Assembly (NCBI GenBank): GCA_964549615.1
Contig: CAZJVP010000099.1
Span: 88,004-152,003 of the forward strand
Length of the DNA stretch: 64,000 nt
Direction of reading: 5' to 3'
Source of the DNA: an uncultured Thermococci archaeon
Lineage (GTDB): Archaea > CAYQAE01 > CAYVLA01
Both the position numbers and the translations under genes were made by a program. Within the stretch, counting starts at the first letter, position 1. Each line of letters opens with the position of its first letter. A model generated the notes under the pieces. The model did no database searches and had not been told where the DNA came from. It saw only the letters and a program-made list of their open reading frames with translations. Positions 49,775-58,278 of this stretch are shown piece by piece.

Positions 49775-50539
49775 TTACTGCAGGGTGCCGCGCCTTCGGA
49801 TGAGGAAAAACACCAAGACCGCCGCGGCGAAAGCGGCCGCCACCCCAACGTAGAGCAGGGACGGCTTCTGAGGATTCTCGACCACAAAGACCGTCACCGC
49901 CTCGGCCGTGAGGTTTGAGTCGGAAGCGACCGCCTTGAGCTCATGTTCCCCTTTCGACCACCTGCGCGTCCTCCATACGTAGGTCGCCTTGCTGGAGACG
50001 AGCTTTCCGTCAATGTAGATCTCGAAGTAAACCTCGTCGCCGTCCGGGTCTCCGCCCTCGACCGCAACGGACACGTCGCCCGATAGCTTCTCCCCCTCCT
50101 TTGGGAAGACTATCCTGACCCATGGGGGACGGTTTCCGGCCGGCTTTGCCACGGTTATCGATATCTGCCTCGTCACGCCCGGCACTATCTGTTCGCCTTC
50201 AAGTAAAACGACGATCTCTCCCTCGAAGTAGGCCGGGTAGCTCGGCGCCGCATAGACTATCTCCACCCGCCTATTCTGCAAGGGATCTATGGTAAGGGAG
50301 GTGGTCTCCAGGAAGGTGATCGAGGTGACGTTTCCGTGCAGCTCTATCCTGTATGCCCCGGTCGCATTCCCGTCGTTGTAGATCCTGATGTACGAGGTGA
50401 CGTTCTCGCCCGTCAGGAGCGTGAATGCCTGCGGCGGACCCGAGATCCCGACGCTGGCCGTTTCGCTCGCGACTGCCTGCCCCACCCAGACGACCAGGAA
50501 CAGGGAGACCATCGACTTGGGGCCGAGGAACACTTGCAT
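49775..50539 (-). CDS. Secreted Ig-like + Big-type domain protein with C-terminal TM anchor
   Basis: Signal peptide, IRIYNDGN Ig domain, NRPPWVRIVFP...DPDGD...GEHELKAVASD, TM followed by RRR. Confidence 0.8.
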   Translation of the reverse strand: MQVFLGPKSMVSLFLVVWVGQAVASETASVGISGPPQAFTLLTGENVTSYIRIYNDGNATGAYRIELHGNVTSITFLETTSLTIDPLQNRRVEIVYAAPSYPAYFEGEIVVLLEGEQIVPGVTRQISITVAKPAGNRPPWVRIVFPKEGEKLSGDVSVAVEGGDPDGDEVYFEIYIDGKLVSSKATYVWRTRRWSKGEHELKAVASDSNLTAEAVTVFVVENPQKPSLLYVGVAAAFAAAVLVFFLIRRRGTLQ

Positions 50540-50835
50540 GACGCTGAGACGGGCGGATAAAAATCCTTTCCGGCCGGCCGCCCGGCCATGAAGGGATGCC
50601 CAAAACGCGCAGGCCTATCAGAGGGAAACGAATCCAAACCCAGTGAATCGACTCCACGGCGCGGGCCTTTCAGCCTGAGATACCCTTTATGTTCCCAGCC
50701 GCAAGACGGCATCCTATATGAGGTCCACCGGAATCCGGCTTGCCGCTGAGGCCGCAGCCGGGTTCTCGTCCAAGATTGTCCAAGCGATCAGCGTCCGGTT
50801 TCCCCGGGCCTCGTGAACATGCTCAAGGCGATCCC

Positions 50836-51672
50836 ATGACTTTGTCAAACGCCGAGTCCAGAGCCGTCATTCGCCAGATCCTCGAAACATGCCTCGTGCG
50901 ACGCGCAGCATGCCTCAGCGAGGCTGACCTCGGCCGATCGGCCGCCGTATTCGCCCCACACCCGGATGACGAGACGCTCGGCTGCGGCGGGATGATAGCC
51001 CTCAAGAGACGCGTCGGAGCCGACGTGAGAGTCGTCTTCATGACCGACGGAAGAAGAAGCAACCGGAGGCTGATGCCCGAGGAAGAGATCAGGGCAATTC
51101 GAAGAGACGAGGCCCTGGCTGCAGCGAAGACCCTGGGAGTCGATCCGGACAGGCTTACCTTCCTAGACTTCCAGAACGGCATGCTGGCGCAAGTCTTCCA
51201 AGCCGCGCGGCAGAAGGTCGGCCAGATACTGGAGGAGGAGCCGGAAGAGGTCCTCATCCCCTACCACGGCGAGCCGCGCCTGGCATCGGACGAACACCGT
51301 TTGACCAATCAGATCGTCACCTCCGTTCTTGAGAGCTGCAAGCGGGTCAGGTACGTCTACGAATACCCCATCTGGCTGTGGAACCGTTGGCCATGGGTGC
51401 CCGTCCCACAAGTGAGGCTTAGGCGGCGGATTCGGTTCCTCCTCGCAAGCGCCAGGTGCTGCGTCGCGCTGTTCCAGGACTTCCGGTACTGCGTCGATGC
51501 CCGGTCCGTCCTCGACCTCAAGAAAGCAGCGCTGGACTGCCACAGATCCCAGATGACCAGGATCGTCCCGGACGAGAGGTGGAGGACGCTGCCCGACGTC
51601 GGGAACGGCGAATTCTTGCGATGTTTCCTCGGGGGCTACGAGTTCTTCAGCCGCCACAGGATTCCGCGCTGA
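50836..51672 (+). CDS. PIG-L/LmbE family deacetylase
   Basis: FAPHPDDETLGCGG, VFMTDG, RRDEA, EH, KKAALDCHRSQ. Confidence 0.9.
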   Translation: MTLSNAESRAVIRQILETCLVRRAACLSEADLGRSAAVFAPHPDDETLGCGGMIALKRRVGADVRVVFMTDGRRSNRRLMPEEEIRAIRRDEALAAAKTLGVDPDRLTFLDFQNGMLAQVFQAARQKVGQILEEEPEEVLIPYHGEPRLASDEHRLTNQIVTSVLESCKRVRYVYEYPIWLWNRWPWVPVPQVRLRRRIRFLLASARCCVALFQDFRYCVDARSVLDLKKAALDCHRSQMTRIVPDERWRTLPDVGNGEFLRCFLGGYEFFSRHRIPR

Positions 51673-51741
51673 TGAAGGCCCGTATGCTAGAAAGCAGCCG
51701 CCGCCGGGCCGTCCGACGCAGGCGAATGCCCATGCCGGTCG

Positions 51742-52455
51742 CTAGGACGGCAATGAGGATGCCGCCTCGATCGAGTTCAGGACCCTCTTTGCGTCGCTGT
51801 GGTAGCCCAGCCTTATCAGCATCTTCACATACTCAAGGTCCGACCGCACGACCCTTGGAGGCGCGGCTGGGGGAACCGGGTCCCAGAACGCCCTCTTCCC
51901 GCCGTCCCCTCCAGTGCCCGACTGCCAGGATCCATTTTCCAGCTGCAGGACACGGAGGAGAACCTCCTTGCACTCCGGGTCCCAGAACTTGTTGTACCAG
52001 TAGCGACGGGCAGCAAGCGCGACGCACCCGGCGACCCCGATCACGGCCATTGCTAGCAGAACGAGCCTGCCAGCGTCGAAGGAGACCCGATCGACGGTCC
52101 TCCGGGATGCACCAAGGCTCGTGACGGCTCCAAGGCCAGCCCTGAGGGCGCCGCTGGCCGCGCTCGCCGCCGCCAAGGCATCGTTCTTCAGGGTGCTGAG
52201 AAGCGAAACCATCCTTCCGAATGCTGAGCCCAATGCTTCACCTACTGGGCCCAAAAAAGTGGGAAAGGTGGAAGTTGGACCTTCTTGGACGCCCGCCTCG
52301 GCCGTCTGGGACGTATTGGAATGCTGTTCCGCTGCATCGTGCGCGAGAGTTTGCCCCGGGACAAGAGCCGTGATGAGCCCCAGCACAACCAGTGCACGCA
52401 GGACAGCCGACGGAACCGTCACGCCGCTACTTCTCAGTAAGCTTCCTGAGTGCAT
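51742..52455 (-). CDS. Membrane protein with conserved cytoplasmic EYxxxLxxLGY motif (start 52455 or GTG 52422)
   Basis: Signal peptide, Ala/Gly-rich amphipathic segment, TM LVLLAMAVIGVAGCVALAA, C-terminal DLEYVKMLIRLGYHSDA. Confidence 0.75.
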   Translation of the reverse strand: MHSGSLLRSSGVTVPSAVLRALVVLGLITALVPGQTLAHDAAEQHSNTSQTAEAGVQEGPTSTFPTFLGPVGEALGSAFGRMVSLLSTLKNDALAAASAASGALRAGLGAVTSLGASRRTVDRVSFDAGRLVLLAMAVIGVAGCVALAARRYWYNKFWDPECKEVLLRVLQLENGSWQSGTGGDGGKRAFWDPVPPAAPPRVVRSDLEYVKMLIRLGYHSDAKRVLNSIEAASSLPS

Positions 52456-54808
52456 CGTCCGCCTCCTTAGTGAATCCCAGCCTCCTGAGATTCTCGATGT
52501 ACTCCATGTCCGCCTTTGACAGCCTCGCTGAGTCGCCTGCATATGCCCCTGACGTCTCAGCCCCAACATCGGGACGCGCTGACCGGATCTGGGAAGGCCC
52601 AAGTGTGGAGGAGGAAAATGGGCGCGTATTTTCGGCCGTCCGGGCGGGCGGGGCATAGCCCGCCGATGAAGCTCCCGGCCGTTCGGTTGGAGAATGACCC
52701 GCGACGGCCCGCGGGGCAACGGATCGGGTGACCAGCTCGGCCGAGACCGGCCTGGTGGAAACGACAACCCTACCCCTCATGACTCTCGACGGCTTGCGTC
52801 TGACGAGCATGGTCGGTTGAGCCGGGGCCTGCGGTGGGGTCAGGGACTTCTGCGCAGCGCTGCGCAGTAAGGGTGCGGTCTTTCCCTGGATGCCCCTCAA
52901 TATGTCCTTTGCCGTTCCCGAGGCCTTCCTCTTTCTGCCAGCCCTAATCCACGACGTCTTGGCAACGATCGAGACGACGGATGCCCCGACTATCATCGCT
53001 AGAACCATGATGCCCAGCTTGCTCCGTACCCCCCGGGAGAACAACCTCAGCCCGCCACCGGCCATGCGAGCCACGGTCGCCAAGATTCCGTCGGGCTGGC
53101 TCGTGATGGTCTGGTTCAGCGTTGCGTTTCCTTCAACCAGATAGGCCGGCGCCCTCCTCGACAGCTCATCGATCTGGGAGAGGAGCTGAGCGTTAGCGAT
53201 CCGAAGGTCCTCAACGGCCCTGTTGACATCGGCCAGGGAGGCCTCGGTCAGGGTTTTCTCCTCGTGGAGCCTCTGGACCTCAGCCTGCAATCCTTCTGCC
53301 AGATCCTCAAGCATTCGAAGCTCCTGCTCTCTTGCCGCAATGGTCGCCTCGAGGCGGTCCTTCTCGACGGTTAGGTTGGCGACCAGATCTTGCAGCATTG
53401 ACGAGTTGGACTCAAGCCCCGAGAGCACAGCTTCTATCTCGGCGATCCTTGCCCGGTAGACCGAGATCTGCGCCTCGGAGGCCGTCCTCGTCGCATTCAG
53501 CTCAAGGATCACTGACCCATAGGCCGCCATTACCTCCTCGAGGGTCTTCTGCAGCGACGCAACATTCCCGGACAGGTTGAGCTTCTCTGCCTCAAGCCGG
53601 GCGATCGTCTCCGCGTCTAGGGCTCTCCGCGTCCTTAAGGTCTCAAGCTCTCCGAGCAAAAAGACGGCCCTTTGTTCTGCGTCCCTAAGCTTGCTTTCCA
53701 GGAGCTCCTTCTGACCCATGATCTCCGATACTTGCGCAAGGAGCGACCTCACCTGTTCCTGGAGGCCGACGTTCACGGTTGAGAGCCCGGAGATCTCGGC
53801 CTCCAAGGCATCGATCCGAGCCTGATAGAACTCTACCAAGGCAGTGACGTTCACCGACACCTCGACACATATGTCCCGGCTTGCCGACAGCCCGCCGGGG
53901 TCGGAGACGGTCAGGATGATCCTGTCCTTCCCGCTCGCGGATGGCTGGGCAGCGATCGTCAGGGTCGCGTTCTGGATCGTTCCCTGCACAAGCGTTCCCC
54001 CAGTGGCCGACATGGAAAGCGCACCCAGGGCGTCGTCCGGGTCGTGAACGTATCTGGACAGCTCGACCGTCGCGACCTCGCCCTGCATTAGGGAGATGGT
54101 CGGGATCGGCGCTATGCTGGGAGGATCGTTCACGGGGGTAATGAAGACCCGGATCTGGCCGGACACGGTGAAGCTTGAGTCCTGGACGTACACCGTCACG
54201 ACGTCCTCGAGCACCCCTTCCGGATAGAGGAATGTCAGGACGTGGCCCTGCACAGAGACGTACGGATTCGTCACCTCGATATGCAGGCTGTGAACCGGCG
54301 TGTCAGGGTCCGATAGGTAGGGATCAAGGTCGAGCTGCCACGCCACATCCTCCAGCCCGCGTTGGGGCGGTATGGCAGCAAGGGAGGGAGGTCGGGGCGT
54401 TTGGCCGTTTACGTTCACGATGGTCGTGCCTGCCACTAGGGTTGCCGTTGCCTGGCCGGACGCCCCGACGATTGAAACGACGACTCGGTCCCCGGTGTTG
54501 AACTGCGGCACGTCGCCCGTGTCGAACCTACCTGCCCCCTTCTGGAAGGGCGGGATGTTCGGTCCGTCCACGGCCGTCGTGACGGAGAACCCGGTGGTCG
54601 AATCGTACACCATGATCTGCGTACCGGCCGGCGCGGGGGCGCCATCGATCGTGGCGACGCCGGCAACCGCGTTGACGTCCAGGTCCGCGGGCACGCTTGG
54701 GATGAGGAAGAGGATGATCAGGATGACCAGGCCTGAGACACATGCACGCCGAATCGATCCGAAGTCCTCCCCTCCACGGCCTCGACCGACCGTGCGGTCT
54801 GTGCGCAA
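52427..54808 (-). CDS. Large surface protein: DLDVNAVAG domain, cadherin-like repeats, long coiled coil, TM, cytoplasmic EY-motif
   Basis: TTG 54808 behind a GGAGGGG SD; EDVAW..DPD and PVNDPP cadherin-like motifs; roughly 230-aa heptad region; TM; DMEYIENLRRLGFTKEA. Confidence 0.82.
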   Translation of the reverse strand: MRTDRTVGRGRGGEDFGSIRRACVSGLVILIILFLIPSVPADLDVNAVAGVATIDGAPAPAGTQIMVYDSTTGFSVTTAVDGPNIPPFQKGAGRFDTGDVPQFNTGDRVVVSIVGASGQATATLVAGTTIVNVNGQTPRPPSLAAIPPQRGLEDVAWQLDLDPYLSDPDTPVHSLHIEVTNPYVSVQGHVLTFLYPEGVLEDVVTVYVQDSSFTVSGQIRVFITPVNDPPSIAPIPTISLMQGEVATVELSRYVHDPDDALGALSMSATGGTLVQGTIQNATLTIAAQPSASGKDRIILTVSDPGGLSASRDICVEVSVNVTALVEFYQARIDALEAEISGLSTVNVGLQEQVRSLLAQVSEIMGQKELLESKLRDAEQRAVFLLGELETLRTRRALDAETIARLEAEKLNLSGNVASLQKTLEEVMAAYGSVILELNATRTASEAQISVYRARIAEIEAVLSGLESNSSMLQDLVANLTVEKDRLEATIAAREQELRMLEDLAEGLQAEVQRLHEEKTLTEASLADVNRAVEDLRIANAQLLSQIDELSRRAPAYLVEGNATLNQTITSQPDGILATVARMAGGGLRLFSRGVRSKLGIMVLAMIVGASVVSIVAKTSWIRAGRKRKASGTAKDILRGIQGKTAPLLRSAAQKSLTPPQAPAQPTMLVRRKPSRVMRGRVVVSTRPVSAELVTRSVAPRAVAGHSPTERPGASSAGYAPPARTAENTRPFSSSTLGPSQIRSARPDVGAETSGAYAGDSARLSKADMEYIENLRRLGFTKEADDALRKLTEK

Positions 54809-55065
54809 ACTTGCCCCTCCTTTTCCGCGGAAACGCAAGGCTACGATAGCGCCATTAAATACTTTTTGACGAAGTCGGTCAGAAATGGATGATTCGCAAC
54901 AAGTATTGGCTATTCCGCGAAAACCATAACGGCCTTCAACGCACCCGTGCGACGACCAGGCAGAACTGGGCCCGGATGCCGAAGGACCAAGCCTGGCACC
55001 TAGCATGCAAACACAGAAGGATAATGCTTTAAGCCCGCGGCCCCCCGGCGACCGGCGTGAGTTCG

Positions 55066-55875
55066 ATGAAGACGTCCTGCAACACGGTCCTCTTCGGCGG
55101 CTTCTGCCTCGAGACCGCACTGAGAGACATCGCCTACTGTGGCTTTGACGGCGCGGAGCTCGCCGCGCTGCCCGGGATGGCCTCCCATGTGGGGACGAAC
55201 GCCTCGAAGGGATTCCTCGACCAGGTGAGGGCCCTCGCCTCGGAGAACCGCCTAGCGCTCAGCTCGATAGAGGCGGGAGGCGTCGGCGAGAATTTCGACA
55301 CCGTTCTCGAGACGGCAGCGGGCCTGGGCATACCCATCGTGGCCATAGGTTCGGGCGGAAAAATGAACGACGAATCATCCTTCAGGGAAGTCGTGAAGGT
55401 GGTCTCGGACGCGGTTGCAAGAGCCGAGAAGCACGGCGTGAAGATCGCGGTCAAGGCGCACGTCAATGCAGCGGTCTACAACTCCCAGACTTGCCTCCGC
55501 CTCCTGCGCGAGGTCGACTCCAAGTCCCTCGGGATCAACCTTGATCCCTCCCACATTTTCAGGGCCGGCGAGAGGCCGGAGGAGGCCGTGCTGAAGATCG
55601 GGAAGGGCATCATCCATTCGCACTTCAGGGACGCCCCCAAGGCCGAGATAGGCCCCCCGGGCGCGCCGTTTGAGCAGATACCCGGCACCGGGAAGATCGA
55701 TCTTGCTGCCACCGTGGCGGCTTTCAAGAAGGTCGGCTATGACGGCTACCTCAGCCTCGAGGTGATCGGTGCGAGCGGACCCTTGCGGAGCATGTCGGAG
55801 GCCCAGCTTGTGGCGATCGCCGCAAGGTCCCAGGGCTACATGCTGAGGCTCCTGAAGGAGGCCAACGCTATATAG
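55066..55875 (+). CDS. Sugar phosphate isomerase/epimerase (AP endonuclease 2 TIM barrel)
   Basis: GFDGAEL, GINLDPSH, HSHFRD, PGTGKID, GYDGYLSLE. Confidence 0.88.
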   Translation: MKTSCNTVLFGGFCLETALRDIAYCGFDGAELAALPGMASHVGTNASKGFLDQVRALASENRLALSSIEAGGVGENFDTVLETAAGLGIPIVAIGSGGKMNDESSFREVVKVVSDAVARAEKHGVKIAVKAHVNAAVYNSQTCLRLLREVDSKSLGINLDPSHIFRAGERPEEAVLKIGKGIIHSHFRDAPKAEIGPPGAPFEQIPGTGKIDLAATVAAFKKVGYDGYLSLEVIGASGPLRSMSEAQLVAIAARSQGYMLRLLKEANAI

Positions 55876-56023
55876 GCCCTAGGATTCCCCGCATGATCTT
55901 CAGCCGGAAGCCCCCGGCAGGGCGTCGAAAGGTTCGATCGAAGCGAGAGGGATCCGTAGCGCGAAATTGCCTTCCCTTCCACGGCCGTGCCCAGGGCCCA
56001 GGACCTAGAACGCGCCCGGCCAA

Positions 56024-57064
56024 CTAGGGCGCCGGGACCGGATGGGGGCTCACGATCCGTCCTGTCTCATGCGATCTTATGGCCGCCTCTATGATCTCCT
56101 GAACGGCAAGCCCGTCCTCGCCCGAGCCCTCTATCTCCGACCTCGGGACGCCCGAGGACACCTGCTCCAGAAAGCGGTGTATCCGCGTCTTGAAGGTGTC
56201 AACGAGCTCGCTTCGGATGACGCTCACCTCGGGCGAGCGCTGGTAGCGGTAGAGCGTCAGCTTGTCGTTCTGATCGTCCAGCACGAACCTACCCTGAGTG
56301 CCTGCGAACTCCCACCGCTGCCAACCCGTCCCCAGCCCGGCGGGCAGATCCCTGCTGCTGACGAGATGCCCGACGGCGCCGGATGCGAAGAGCATGTTGA
56401 TCGAGTTTGTTGAGAGCATCACGTCGCCGGCCTGCCTCCGGAAGCTTGGCTGCCCGAGAAAGGCTTGGACCTTCACGACGTCCCCGAAGAAGTGCCTCCC
56501 TATGTCAAGGGGGTGGGGAAGGAACGCCCTCACATGGAAATAGGGATATCCCTTGACCCTCGGAGAATCGGAGGGCTTGAAGCTCGGGGAGTAGCCTATC
56601 CACATGCTGAGCCTGCAGAACACGTCCTCGCCCATTTCCTCCCTGTGGAAGGTTTTGGCGCGCTCGATGAGTGGGACGAACCGGTGGTTCAGGTTTATGC
56701 CGAAGTAGAGCCCCCGCCTCTTGGCCTCGGCAACCATCCTCCTTCCCTCGCGGATGTCGTTGGAGATCGGCTTCTCGCAAAGGACGTGTTTTCCCGCCCT
56801 CAGACACTGCATCACGGGCTCGTAGTGGAGCGAGCCGTTCTCATGGCCGCCGGTGCACACGCCGACCAGGTCCAGCTCCTCCGACTCCAGCATGTCCTCA
56901 ACGCTGTAGTAGGACTTGACCCCGAGTTCGGATGCCGAGGAGTCGGCCTTCTCCTTAACGATGTCGCAGACGCACCTCAGATTCGAAAGCGGATCGGCCT
57001 TGTAGACCCTGGCATGCGCCATGCCGATCCCGCCCATCCCGACGACGCCGACGTTCAGAACCAT
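56024..57064 (-). CDS. Gfo/Idh/MocA family oxidoreductase
   Basis: VGVVGMGGIG, GKHVLCEKP, NHRF, HPLD. Confidence 0.9.
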   Translation of the reverse strand: MVLNVGVVGMGGIGMAHARVYKADPLSNLRCVCDIVKEKADSSASELGVKSYYSVEDMLESEELDLVGVCTGGHENGSLHYEPVMQCLRAGKHVLCEKPISNDIREGRRMVAEAKRRGLYFGINLNHRFVPLIERAKTFHREEMGEDVFCRLSMWIGYSPSFKPSDSPRVKGYPYFHVRAFLPHPLDIGRHFFGDVVKVQAFLGQPSFRRQAGDVMLSTNSINMLFASGAVGHLVSSRDLPAGLGTGWQRWEFAGTQGRFVLDDQNDKLTLYRYQRSPEVSVIRSELVDTFKTRIHRFLEQVSSGVPRSEIEGSGEDGLAVQEIIEAAIRSHETGRIVSPHPVPAP

Positions 57065-57200
57065 GCAGGCTCAGGGCACACCATGCTTGAAAAATCGATG
57101 GTATCGGGATGGACGGTGCCCGCCGAAGCTAGGCTCCAAAGGGCTCCCAGGTCCGGGCGCGACGGGCCGTCGACCTTCCGCACGACGGCCAACATCCGCA

Positions 57201-57995
57201 TCAAAGGGCCCACACAAGACCGATGAGCAGATCCCCCAGAATCAGGGTTATGAAGAACCCTGCAAGCATCGGCACTATGAAAGGCACGTAGGGGAATGCC
57301 CAGACCCTGTCGCTTGGCGGCAGGTTCAGCCTAACCTTCTCGATGATCATCTCCTCCTCCTTCTCGTCCAGTATCCTACGTGAGTACCGCAGGACCTTCA
57401 CCGTCTTGCCGCCAACTTCTTCGAACCTCTCCAGCGGGATGAGGAAGCTCGGCTTGAGATCGGCGACCTTCGCCCTGTAACCGACGAAGAAGGCGGGTAT
57501 CGTCCTTCTATCCACCTTCGGTATACGGCCCCTCAGGTAGTCGTGGATGTTCTTCAGGAGAAGGCCTGCGGGAACGGCCATCGAGACAAGCAGGGAGTTG
57601 ACCAGCCAGGACAGGGAGAACATCGGCAGGATGAGCGGCCCCCTGACGAAGGGGTTCAGATCGTTCAGCGGCGGGAGCAGGGACCCTGGGTCAAGCATTA
57701 TGGGGTAGACGGCCGAGACCCCAATGAACACCTTGCAGTCTGCCCCGCCCATCGAGCCGGCGTAGAATATGGCGAGGGCTATGACGAACGCGACGCCTGC
57801 GGACGCCGAGGCCATGATGATCGGAAGGACGCTGAGCGACGCCGCCGAATCCCAGACCGAGAAGAGCAGCCCACCCATCAAGAGCGCCAGGGGGACCCAG
57901 TTCTCTACCTCCCTCCTTGAAAGGTCGCTCCATGCCGCGTAGCCCAAAAGCAGCGACGTGAACAGTGTCCTGCACAGGAAGATGGACGCGATCAT
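57201..57995 (-). CDS. A24 prepilin/preflagellin peptidase (FlaK/PibD/EppA family)
   Basis: WSDLSRREV and MGGADCK catalytic aspartates; archaeal C-terminal VWAFPYVPFIVPM; own BRE/TATA (GAAAGTTAAAT) at about 58049-58059. Confidence 0.92.
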   Translation of the reverse strand: MIASIFLCRTLFTSLLLGYAAWSDLSRREVENWVPLALLMGGLLFSVWDSAASLSVLPIIMASASAGVAFVIALAIFYAGSMGGADCKVFIGVSAVYPIMLDPGSLLPPLNDLNPFVRGPLILPMFSLSWLVNSLLVSMAVPAGLLLKNIHDYLRGRIPKVDRRTIPAFFVGYRAKVADLKPSFLIPLERFEEVGGKTVKVLRYSRRILDEKEEEMIIEKVRLNLPPSDRVWAFPYVPFIVPMLAGFFITLILGDLLIGLVWAL

Positions 57996-58278
57996 ATCAG
58001 GGGATCTCCGAGCTTGATCGTCTGCGGTTCGAGCGCTCCTTGGGCCGCATTTAACTTTCTTGGATCGGACCGGGCAGAGTCTGAGATACGGCCGGGACCT
58101 ACTTCTCGTCCTGGCGGTTCGTTTACTAGCGCGCTAGGAATCGGTTGGAATGTCGCGCACGGTCCGCTGAACCAAGAGCATCTCCCCTGAAGCTTTCGCG
58201 AAACTCCCACGGCGGCTCGAAGATGGCCGTCCTCCCGCGGCCTGCAGGGTCCTCCGCCCTCGAACCGCGACGCGGCCC

